NCBI GenBank assembly: GCA_001687465.1
Contig: LVLI01000005.1
Coordinates: 248,001 to 312,000, forward strand
DNA from: Halocafeteria seosinensis
Lineage: Eukaryota
Length of the DNA stretch: 64,000 bases
Direction of reading: 5' to 3'
Shown here one piece after another: positions 36,030 to 46,209 of this stretch. Numbering within the stretch: the first letter of the stretch is position 1; each line of letters begins with the position of its first letter. The notes beneath the pieces are model-generated. The model saw only the letters and a program-made list of their open reading frames with translations, searched no databases and was not told the origin of the DNA. A program made the translations under genes and the position numbers.

Positions 36030-39000
36030 ATGAACCAAGAACAGTTGCAGGAGTTAGAAAATACGGCCCAAGTTTTCTTCAATGGAACAAATCCACAGGA
36101 AAAAGCATCGGCCCAAGAGCGTTTGCTCCAGTTGGGTAGTTCGGTGCAGTACATCCCTCAATGTCAATATGTGTTGGACAACAGTTCGAACCAGTTAGCA
36201 ATATTAGTCGCCGTCAACAGTTTGTTGCGTCTCGTCACGGAGCATTGGAATTCATTTAGTTCCTCACAACGTGTTGAAATGAGTAAGTGTGTTGGAGTGA
36301 GGGTCTGCCGTTGTTTCTCAGCATTTAGACATTTTCTCTTCATTGACAGGAAATTACATTCTGACATACTTAGCGGATAAAGGACCGAATTTGGAGAATT
36401 TTGTGGTTGCCGCTATGATCCAGTTATTGTGCCGTATCACTAAGCTTGGATGGTTTGATGAAAGAGATGAGTTTAGGAAACTTGTACCCGAGACCATGAA
36501 ATTTCTCCAGGTACGTCTTTGAGTCTCTTAAGACGAATCTCGTATCCTGGTAAATCTTATGCTTACGTCGCAGGCGTCGTCGGTTCATGCACTTATCGGC
36601 TTACGGATTATGAATGAAACTGTGCAAGAAATGAACCACAGAACACAAAAACGGACCTTCACTCAGCACAGAAAGATCGCTGTCTCATTTCGAGAAGAAA
36701 GCTTGCTGCAAGTGTTTGAAGTGTCTTTACAAATTTTGGGTCAAATTGCTAACAGAACTCTAAGTATCAATGGCCAAAATGCGAGTAGTGAACCCCAACG
36801 TGAACAGCAGGTATTGGATCAGGCTTTGCAACTTTGTCGTAACAGCATATCATACGACTTTATCGGAACCAACCCCGATGAATCTGCAGAAGAAGTAAGC
36901 TTATCGCCGCTTTAGCAAATTATCATTTTTTATTGACGAATGTCTCTAATGCTGTGCAGGCGGGTACTCTCCAAATCCCATCTTCATGGAGGGACATCGT
37001 TCAAGACCCATCTACTATGAAATTGTTTTTCCGGTTGTATAGAGGATGTACCACCGGCTACATCCCACTTGCTGAGTCCAACAACACTGCGAACTTCCAT
37101 GCGAACATGGAAAAAGCATCGCAGGTGTTAGAGCTGCTGGGTTCGTTTGTTACGGTGAGAAGAAGTCTTTTCAGCTCGGATACAGAACGGCGACATTTCC
37201 TTTTACTAGCAATGCAAGGTGTTATTGAGATCATGAGAGAGAGACTAGGATTTACTAATCAAGACTGTTACCATCAGTTCTGCCGACTTCTAGGGAAGAT
37301 TAAGAGTAACTACCAATTGCGAGAACTGATTCACACCCAAGGATACAAAGAGTGGATAGACCTCGCATACCAGTTCGCTGTAGAGAGCTTTCAAGAAATG
37401 CATGTCCTTGGAGATTCTGTGCATTACATTCTGGGTCTATGGTCCAAAATGGTTTCTGCGGTCCCGTACGTTCACCATACCGCTCAGGACAGCAACGCAA
37501 GTGATCCAATGTTGGAGTCATACTCTCCGAAGGTAAGGCCACCCTTCAACGATTTTATCCTCTCAGTCATTACGCAACGGTACTGTTTAAACCGATTCAG
37601 ATTCTAGAACAATATGTAAGGTCACGTTTGGAGTTAGTTCCTCGTGAACTGGAGCAGGAGTTTGAATCCTTCGACTTGGAGGAATATGGTCGTGTCCGTG
37701 AGCAAGTTGAGCAATTACCAGCTGTAAGTAGCCAGCTCGAAATTTACTGGCTCGATCGGTTTGTCGCTTATGGAGTATTTTCGACTGCTGCAGATCTGTC
37801 GCTATCAGTATTCACAGTCCAAGGATATACTTGTTAGCACTTTAGACCCTCTGTTACGACGTTATAATGAATTGTTGCCTCTGCTACGCTCAGAGGATTT
37901 TGGAGGGGAGTCGACAGGGATTGAAAATACAGTGCAAATCGTCGAGTGCCAGATAGCATGGGTAGTATACATTATCGGTGCCTCTATTGGCTCGCAGAGC
38001 TTTGGCAGTGCATACAACAAGGCCGGCTATGAGATATATGATGCTGAGCTTTGCAAGCGTGTTTTAACTCTGACTATTTCCCTTGACAAAGAAATGTCAA
38101 GCAGTCAGGGCGCGGTGCGGCCAGATCACCGACTAGAGTTGGCCATCCTTTACTTCCTTAGTAATTTCAGGAGGTCCTACTTGGCTGAACAGCATGGTAT
38201 GCCTACTAATTCTACAACACCTCAGTCTACTGACGATCTACTGGACCCAGACGCCGCCCGTTCGAACCAGTCCCAGAACAACTTGAATAACTCGGTGCAA
38301 ACAATTCGAAGCACCCGCCGCAAACTGTTTGAAAGTATGTTTGAATCTATGGGCATGGGTGATCACCTTGTTGTCGTATCTCAAATTATTCAGAAGATTT
38401 CGACAACGCTGAAATACTGGACTGATAATGGGGACATAATTCAGGAAACGTTGGATATGTTTAAAGAGTTGACATACAATTATACGAACTCGAAGATGTT
38501 ACTCTCTTTAGAAATCGTTCAGGATATACTGTCTCAGCATACAGCCGACCGCTTTGCTTTTCTGAAGCCGCTGAAAAACAGTCGGTTTCGCACGACGTGG
38601 TATGCTACTTTAGCGAAGCTAATATGTATCTCGGATGACCCCGACCCCTCATTTGAGAGATTCATGTCGCCACTTTTGAATAGTATGGACCGTCTTCTTC
38701 CCTTGGTGAACCAACGACACGATGAGGTGGCCAAGCGCCTTACGGATGTATCACGGGACCTCCGAGGTATAATTTCCTCGACCCACAATGCAAGGGCGTA
38801 CTCTATGGTTTTCGATTGCTTGTATCCAAAGTATTTTCCTCTATTTGTTGATGCTTCGCGAGCATGGGCGGACACACCTGCAGTGATTATCCCGTTGTTG
38901 AAAATGTTTGCTGAATTAGTTTGGAACCGATCGCAGAGGATAGTTTTCGACAACTCTTCTCCTAACGGTATTCTGCTGTTCAGAGAGACTAGTAAGGCTA

Positions 39001-40014
39001 TTGTCAACGCAGGTTCTGCTCTGCTTCAATTGAATCCCGCCGATGATCTCTACAAGAAAAAGCTCAAACCTATCTTTATCTGCTATCAAATGCTTGCAAG
39101 GTCTTTGGACGGTGGTTATGTTAATTTTGGTGTTTTCCGCCTCTATAACGATTCTTGTAAGTTTATTCCTGTCAGCGCGGTGGAAGCAGACGACTATCTA
39201 TAGTGAATGTGTGTTCCTTGATGCAGCGTTGGACGATGCTTTACGAACAGCAATACAGCTCACGCTTTCCATCACCCAAGAGGACTTAATGGCATACCCC
39301 AAGCTTAGACAAGGTTATTTCTATTTCATCAATATGCTTTTCAAGTCACAATTAGAATTCGCCGTCTCACTTGACCAAGCGACTTTCCAGTATATTTGCA
39401 CCACGCTGAAAGAAGGTCTCGACAGTTTGGATGTCGCTACTTCTACATATGCTGCCTCTGCGGTAGATTGCTTGGCAACGTACTATGTGCGTAATTCCCA
39501 AAAGGATACTGTGACAGCGAATGCGTTACGGACGCAAATCCAAGCCAATCCAAATCTCATGGAGTCCTTTATGCAACTCCTTTTCCATATTCTCATCTTT
39601 GGTGAAGTGATGAACCAATGGACTATGGCGCGACCTTTACTGCCCTTAATTATGGCCACTGAAATGATCCAACCAGAGTCTTGGAAGAAATTCAAGGAAC
39701 ATGTAATTTCAACGCAACCTGCCGAAAGCGGATTAAGGTAAGGGGAGCGCTTTGTACTCTCTCAAAGACTGTTAAAATGCATGTATCGAACTAAATCGAT
39801 TACTTCCGCATGATGCAGAGACCGTCTTTATGAACAGTTTGGGAAGCTAATGAGCGATATCTCGAGGAGTTTGGATTCGCCAAACAGAGACAAATTTATC
39901 CAAAGATTAACTGTATTCCGGCTGCAAGTTCGAGACGTAGGTGCTTCCCGAAAGGCATTGTCCATGCTTGCTATCTTACGCTCTGCGTGATAATTGCAGT
40001 TTATGAGTACCTAA
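36030..40014 (+). CDS. XPO7: Exportin-7 / RanBP16-17 family karyopherin
   Basis: QHRKIAVSFRE, YDFIGTNPDESAEE, YHQFCRLLGKIKSNYQL, NRSQRIVFDNSSPNGILLFRE, GGYVNFGVFRLY and NQWTMARPLL are characteristic of XPO7. Final mini-exon FMST* ends at 40014. Confidence 0.93.
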
Positions 40015-40078
40015 CGGAAGTTGCTAGGTTCTGGACATAGTTGACACTCTTAGTAAAGAGTAAAGAATGCACATGTCT

Positions 40079-43000
40079 TTACTCAGCGGTGTTTTCCATT
40101 TGTGTCTGTTGTTCTACCGTATGTGTCTCTCTTCTCGGGAACGCCTGGTTAAGACATAGTTTAAGCGTTCCGTCAGGTCCTCTTCGATATTGTTCGTTGC
40201 CACGTGGAATAGAGTTCGGAGGCCGATGCGACTCAAGGAACTCACGATGAGACTCGTCCTGGAGAGCGGCGGCTTCTAGTTGGTTGTCGGTCATGTTGTC
40301 ATTTTCGTAACTGCCTTCCTCTCCCAGTACTTCAGTCGAGCAATGGGAGGGGAAGAGTTCAACGGAGCCGGAGTAGCATGGAGAACCGACATCATCCAGT
40401 ACCCTGGAATCTGATGAATGAAGACCATCAATGGCTCGGAGGGATGACGAGAATGTTGAGGCAGAGTCGCGTAGGATAGTAGTCATAGTCGGAGTATTCG
40501 AAGAGCGCGATGTACCTGTGGCTGGAGCCGTGTGTATGACACTCGACGGGGGACTTGCTCTCGTGCCCCGGGTCGCTACTCGTGCGGAAATGCTAGTTTC
40601 TGTAGATACGGGGGACGAAGATTGGATCCGATAAGGACTATGCGACAACTTTGAGTCCTGAGGTGACTCGTACGGAAACACTACTTCCTTCGTCTCACCG
40701 CCATCCCTCGCTCCGCCTGCCTTCTTCGTCCGGATAATCTCTTGACTGTCTCCCGGGCGGGTATTTGGGGTTGTAAAATCACGACTAGCAGCCCTCGTTG
40801 CGAACAAATCAGTGTTGCTTTTCGGTTGAATACTACCTCCAGTGGAGGGGATGTTGGTCCCCGGGCGGGATTGTCTGCCTCTGGGGCCCAACGCCCGTTC
40901 GTCGGCCTGGTCGGAGCGAGCTGCTGACGTTTGCGAAGCGTGCGAATTAGCAGATATTGAAACCGCCATCTTTGACTTTGAGGGCGCTTGTCTGCTGCTA
41001 ACTTCTGATGCTAACTCTTTCTTGGACGATGCAGCAGTACTGGTTTTGGTTGCCGCAGAACTTAACCCCCCTGAAGCTGTGGCAGAAGCAGGAAAAGCGG
41101 CGCTCGCGGTATTATTCTTGCCCCGCGATACTGATTGACTCTCGGGACTGGGACTTGCTTTCGCTTTACCAGCGGACTCCAAGCGAGAATTGGGCGAAAC
41201 ACCATCGTTATGTTTTCTCCCTGACTTGGCGGTACTCCCCTTTTCAGCCTTTTTAACTGATGAAGATTCACATCTGTCTTGTTGTGCCTTCCTATAATGA
41301 TTGTTGTTACGCTGCGGTCCCTTGAGTGATCTGACTCTTTGGTAATATTCGTTCGACGTTTCACCGTATTCATCACTGTGTTCAGCTTCCCCCGTGCCAC
41401 CCGCAAAACCCCATATCGTATTTACAGCGAGATAGTTGTGCCTCGTCAAGACACTTCCAGTTGCTTGATTTCCCCGTTGTCGTTCACCAATGTGCCTCTT
41501 TGATCCCGCACTTCCTGAGACTTGCACATTATTGGCCGCAAGATTGCTCTCTGTTGAAAGCGATGCCATCCGAGCATGCGATGATTTGGTTGTAAGCGAC
41601 TGTACACTACTGTGAACTACTCGCGGTACGCGATTCAATCTTTTTTCCCCAGCTTGTAACGGAGAGTCGATTTTGGATCTTCGGGGAAAGATACTATGCA
41701 TGACCTGTGATGAAACGTTGGATAGATTTCGAGAGCTTACATCTGCATGCGGATCAAAACGTTTCGGCGACGGTCCGTCTACTTTCTGGGTGGCTCTATC
41801 TGGTGAACCCCCTTTCTGAATGTCTTCATCAGCTGAATCTCCAGCAGAATATCCATCTTCCGTACCAGTCGTTGGACCATCCGTATTTCCTCCGTCCTCT
41901 TGCAGAGTACCGTCATCCTGAGCTCTAGGCTCACCTAGATTACCAAATTGAATGGTACAACGAGTAAGATGTCCTCCTCGCTTTGCAACTTCATTCATAG
42001 CGTATGAAGGAGCACTGTTACTCCCCTCTCTCGGAGCTATAGAGAAATGAGCTTGATTTCCCTCTGCTGAAAGCATTACAATTTCGTGATTTTGTCTTCG
42101 GCCCGTCGCAACACCCTTCTTCGATTTTCGCCGTGGTTTTTCCGATCCTGTTGTTGGTGAAAGCTGGCAAATTCTGGATGTCAAGGCCAATACCTCGTTC
42201 TGCAGTGAGTCACGAGATTCTAAAACTTTGTTGTATGAATGTTTCAGTTCCGCAAGATCTTCCTCTAACTCAGCAATCCGGGCTCTGTTGTCATTCTCCA
42301 GTGCGTCTGTTTTCGTATGAACACTTTCCGGTTGGTGTACCTGTTCCATCAAAAGATTATATAGTTTGCTCAGGCTTTCTTTTGCCTTCTGTTGATCTAT
42401 TGAGGTCTTTTCAACGTCTCGAAAGGTGCGTTCGTTTTCCTGCTGTAGTTCCGGTGTTATGCTGATAGAGACATCAGTTGATCCCGCATTTCTATATCTA
42501 TCGACCTGGCGCAACAGTCCTTGGAGGATGCGCGATTGAGTAGATTGCATCGCTATTCGCGATGTTAAGACTTCATGCATATCACGTTTGGATTGAGCGA
42601 CCGATTCTCTAAACTTATCGCGGTCCCTCTCCTGTCGAGTTCGCTCGTTCACCTCCCATTGCCGGATTTGCGCTAATGCTTCGGTCAGGGCATCTTGACT
42701 TTCAATTTCGGTATCCTCAATGGTTGAAGACTGTTGCATCGCAGCGCCTTCGTCAATACCGGTTACATCATCTTCGGGTTCGTGAGAACTGTACCGTTCC
42801 ACATTCCTCCGATATTTTTGCAACGTCGCTTTGACTCGGCGAAGTGAGCTTTGAAATTCTTGCCTCACTAGCGCGGTATTCTCCTTCCGACTGCGGAAAC
42901 TCTCCAAATACTTTTCGTCTTTTATCTTACTCCCACCCCTAGCCGTTGGAGACTTGACAGTCGGATGGCGCGGGGAAGACAAACTCCTCGGCGAACTCGT

Positions 43001-43225
43001 AGGTTCAGACCACGACAGCGTCGAGCTACTCGAGCTGTGTCCACCTTCAAAAGACGATCCCTGGCCGTCGGTGGATTTTGGCGTTGTATGAAGCTGGTGA
43101 ACGTTGAGGCGAGGAGTGGTGCCCTTGTTGACCATACGGTTGTGCGACGTCGAAGTGCTACTTCCTTGTCCCAAGGATCGCCCAGATTTTGACGGTGGCG
43201 CAGGAGATGGGTAGCTCATTGCCAT
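40079..43225 (-). CDS. Hypothetical Ser/Thr-rich, largely disordered protein with central coiled coils (~1050 aa)
   Basis: One long uninterrupted ORF; first in-frame ATG at 43225. Heptad-like segments (RIAELEEDLAELKHSYNKVLESRDSLQNEV). No recognisable domain. Confidence 0.75.
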   Translation of the reverse strand: MAMSYPSPAPPSKSGRSLGQGSSTSTSHNRMVNKGTTPRLNVHQLHTTPKSTDGQGSSFEGGHSSSSSTLSWSEPTSSPRSLSSPRHPTVKSPTARGGSKIKDEKYLESFRSRKENTALVRQEFQSSLRRVKATLQKYRRNVERYSSHEPEDDVTGIDEGAAMQQSSTIEDTEIESQDALTEALAQIRQWEVNERTRQERDRDKFRESVAQSKRDMHEVLTSRIAMQSTQSRILQGLLRQVDRYRNAGSTDVSISITPELQQENERTFRDVEKTSIDQQKAKESLSKLYNLLMEQVHQPESVHTKTDALENDNRARIAELEEDLAELKHSYNKVLESRDSLQNEVLALTSRICQLSPTTGSEKPRRKSKKGVATGRRQNHEIVMLSAEGNQAHFSIAPREGSNSAPSYAMNEVAKRGGHLTRCTIQFGNLGEPRAQDDGTLQEDGGNTDGPTTGTEDGYSAGDSADEDIQKGGSPDRATQKVDGPSPKRFDPHADVSSRNLSNVSSQVMHSIFPRRSKIDSPLQAGEKRLNRVPRVVHSSVQSLTTKSSHARMASLSTESNLAANNVQVSGSAGSKRHIGERQRGNQATGSVLTRHNYLAVNTIWGFAGGTGEAEHSDEYGETSNEYYQRVRSLKGPQRNNNHYRKAQQDRCESSSVKKAEKGSTAKSGRKHNDGVSPNSRLESAGKAKASPSPESQSVSRGKNNTASAAFPASATASGGLSSAATKTSTAASSKKELASEVSSRQAPSKSKMAVSISANSHASQTSAARSDQADERALGPRGRQSRPGTNIPSTGGSIQPKSNTDLFATRAASRDFTTPNTRPGDSQEIIRTKKAGGARDGGETKEVVFPYESPQDSKLSHSPYRIQSSSPVSTETSISARVATRGTRASPPSSVIHTAPATGTSRSSNTPTMTTILRDSASTFSSSLRAIDGLHSSDSRVLDDVGSPCYSGSVELFPSHCSTEVLGEEGSYENDNMTDNQLEAAALQDESHREFLESHRPPNSIPRGNEQYRRGPDGTLKLCLNQAFPRRETHTVEQQTQMENTAE

Positions 43226-43560
43226 ACAGTAGGATGAGCGTGAGTTCTCCAGAGTCCAACGAATAGTTGCCCTGCTTTCGCGCAGACACTGCACTGCGCC
43301 GAAAGAAAAAGTTGCGACTCTACCACATGCTTCTAGGATCTGCTCCACAACAAACAAGTACCATATGGTACCCTGGTTGCGCTTTTTCTTTTACATTTCG
43401 TCGACAATCCAAAATATAAAATAAGTACAATGTACTACTAATTTGTGGCAATGGGCAGTGGTCCGTCACTTCTTCCCGGGGTGCGACTTCCCCCAGTAAC
43501 CAACGTGGTGAACAGATCAGAATTGATGGTAACAAAAAAGCAATATGTGCTATTGTTGTT

Positions 43561-45363
43561 TCAGTTCCATGTAGACAACCATCTACGTCGCTCATGCCCT
43601 TCTGCAGTAAGAGCGATCGAGTAAACCCATGGCATGTAGTAGATGAACACAATGATCACTACAGCTAATATATACTTGGTTACCAGTGGAGTGAACCGAC
43701 CGCACCATCGCTCTACCGTCAACGCTGCAAGGATTTCAGCATACAACAGCGCCGGCATGTAATGATAGATGAAGCAAGACCGGGTGACCGGAATGTAAGG
43801 GATCAAGTTGAGAGAGTAGCAGGTGAAGCAGTAGCCAATGGCCCTGAAGTAGGACTCGATGCCTTTTCGGTCCTTAAAGAGAAGTTTTCGAATGACTTCC
43901 ACATTTCTATAACGGCAGTATAGGAAGGTATACAACCCAGCCATACCCAGAAGAAAGAGGACTCCCCAGATAACTGCAGGATTTCCCACAAGGTAAACAC
44001 TCTCTGTTAGCCCTCTTTGGGTATCCGTGGTGTTCGAGTAGTACAGGACACCACGCTGATTGACCGGCCACGTAAACCATTTCGATTCCCAATTATGGGA
44101 CTGATCAATCCTTGCATTTCCCAACAACATCTCCTTATTAAGTTGCCAAAATTTAACCAAAAACGGCACCTCTGGGGCGGCGGGATCGTAATTGGTATTG
44201 TTGATCAGCGTCTTCTGGAATTCGAGACTCATAAACTGATCCCCATCACCAGTCCTTGGGAGCAACTTGAAATGAATGAAAAAATGAGTCGCATAAAACA
44301 CCAAAGCCGAGAACAACATCCCTAACATATCTAAGATGTGTATACTGTCCGGAAGGAAGAACGCGGCAGTCCAACACTCTACAGCAACCAAGCCAGGTGT
44401 AGCTAGACCGGTCCACTTGACTGACACCGACGCACCGCACGCAACACCCAAAAATATTGACCAAAATATGCGGTCTTCAATATCCATTCGCCTGGCTTCG
44501 CGAGGTGGGGCGTTCCAGTCCCACGCGCGGAAACTATCCACCTGCTTTCCCTTCGCCTTCTGTTCAGCTGTCCAGTGTTCCTGAACACGGTTGAAGTACT
44601 GCATCCCTGTGTGCAGGCAAAGGATCATCCAGAACATAAGCTGAGAGTCCGTAAGAATTAAGCGGCTCTCAATGAGATTCAGCATGTCCCAATTGAAAAA
44701 AGCAGCTGCAAGAAGCGCAGCCCACTTTCCGCCACCCATACGTCGTGTGATACAATACATCAATGGTACTGCCAAGGCACCGAAAAGGGCAGCAGTCCGA
44801 CGCAATGGCATGAATTTGCAATTTTCTAAGTCATACTCGGTTCCCAAATGAGTGTAATCGCAGTATTGATGCTGATAGCCTGTAAGCCAGCCCGCAATCA
44901 AGAAACCCCATTTACCTGTAAAGGCATCGACAAAGAACCGGGTTTTATTTGAGTCACCGCAGATCATAATACCGTGCAACATACCTAGAGGAGGGTGAAT
45001 ATCGAAGAAGTAAGTCCCTGCGTTATATTGGTTAGTAAACCGCCCAAAATGGTGCTCGTCGAACACTACCGCAGGAGGATTAAATAGCCTCCAAAACCGT
45101 GTAAACATCGCCACGACGAAAACGATTAGGGGCATCCAGGGCCATTCCGGCAAATTGTCTAACCAAGCTTGGAGACCAGCAAGTTTGACATTAAATAGTG
45201 CTCCTGTCTTCTTCCCCTTAACAACTGGGGCTGCCGTGGAAGCATCACCATTATTGGACACATGATCCACTTCTTCTTCCACCATGGGTGAGCTATCGTC
45301 TGAATCCTTTTGGCTGCTGCTTCCACCACTTCTCTTATTCTTTCTGTGCCGCGGCGTCGTCAT
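43561..45363 (-). CDS. Dolichyl-phosphate-mannose:protein O-mannosyltransferase (PMT/POMT, GT39), lacking MIR domain
   Basis: VVFDEHHFG, YFFDIHPPLG, ESRLILTD, SVKWTGL, GNPAVIW and FIYHYMPAL motifs. One in-frame 69-nt intron at 44916-44984. Confidence 0.92.
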   Translation of the reverse strand: MTTPRHRKNKRSGGSSSQKDSDDSSPMVEEEVDHVSNNGDASTAAPVVKGKKTGALFNVKLAGLQAWLDNLPEWPWMPLIVFVVAMFTRFWRLFNPPAVVFDEHHFGRFTNQYNAGTYFFDIHPPLGMLHGIMICGDSNKTRFFVDAFTGKWGFLIAGWLTGYQHQYCDYTHLGTEYDLENCKFMPLRRTAALFGALAVPLMYCITRRMGGGKWAALLAAAFFNWDMLNLIESRLILTDSQLMFWMILCLHTGMQYFNRVQEHWTAEQKAKGKQVDSFRAWDWNAPPREARRMDIEDRIFWSIFLGVACGASVSVKWTGLATPGLVAVECWTAAFFLPDSIHILDMLGMLFSALVFYATHFFIHFKLLPRTGDGDQFMSLEFQKTLINNTNYDPAAPEVPFLVKFWQLNKEMLLGNARIDQSHNWESKWFTWPVNQRGVLYYSNTTDTQRGLTESVYLVGNPAVIWGVLFLLGMAGLYTFLYCRYRNVEVIRKLLFKDRKGIESYFRAIGYCFTCYSLNLIPYIPVTRSCFIYHYMPALLYAEILAALTVERWCGRFTPLVTKYILAVVIIVFIYYMPWVYSIALTAEGHERRRWLSTWN

Positions 45364-45499
45364 TGTCTTTGACTTATGTGCAGATTCTCCGCCTATATTG
45401 CCACTATATACAAAATGCTATGTATGTCAATTGAAAAGAAAGAAACTTAGTTTTTCCCCTTCCAACACCACGAAGATACTCGTTTCGGTGCTTTAATCA

Positions 45500-45852
45500 C
45501 ACCACAGACGCTCCCCACGGGTGCCAACGGAGAAGCATGGAAGTAATAGCCTCGCAGCTTGTCCGCAAAAGTGTCCTCACGTCAAACTCAACCTCCCGTG
45601 CCGCTTGTAAAGGCTTTGAAATGGCTTCCAATGTCCCTGGAAGGGGCGGGGCAGCTCGGTTATGGCGGGATGCTGCGCCCCGCCACGCACGTTCGGATCG
45701 GCCGGGCCGAAAGCCCACAACGGCCAAGGGGTGAGCCTACGCCCGGAAGACAAGGGGACAAAAAGTATAAGGGGTCCCCTCACCGAAGACAGTAACCGTT
45801 GTGGCACCCGAAAACCGGACCTGGCCGGCCCGGCCACCCGAAAAGCCCGGTA
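45500..45852. ncRNA. Candidate structured non-coding element of unknown family
   Basis: GC-rich island between divergent genes, with several nested perfect inverted repeats of 6-10 bp (see findings). No known RNA family motif matched by eye. Confidence 0.4.
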
Positions 45853-46209
45853 CTTCAACTTCGTGAGTTTGTGTGATACGCATTTGTGGTCCGTATGTAC
45901 TTCGATAAGCAATACCACAGTTGGAGACGTTATTGTCTTCTTCCAGAACTGCTTTATTTGCCAACTGTGAAACGTATAACCTTGGAGTGCGCGCAAGCAG
46001 CTGCTGCGAGAGAAAGGAATTCAAGCTCTTCATTATTCGGACACTACAATCGCAATAGCGCTGAGAAACAATCCAAGGAAAGGTTCTGATCCAATAGGCT
46101 GGTATAAGGATGATTTGAGTGAAGCTTCATTGTCGCTTTGGTCATCGAAGCTGCTAAGGAAGACTTGTGATGAGGAGCTAGGCCAGCTGCCTGATGCGCT
46201 GGGGACACC

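Noticed and set aside
45500..45852. Telomerase RNA, SRP, RNase P/MRP or snRNA identity for the structured element
   Set aside because: No CCCUAA/CCCUAAA template, no SRP helix-8 motif, no P4 GAAAGUC/GGGGCU pair, and no U1/U2/U5/U6 invariant sequences on either strand.
45975..46115. TPP-riboswitch-like words (CCTTGGA-GTGCGC ... GCGCTGAGA ... TCCAAGG ... CTGATC)
   Set aside because: The P4/P5 half lacks the conserved UAAU loop and GCG, and the adjacent gene is not thiamine-related. Probably chance; cmsearch with the TPP model would settle it.
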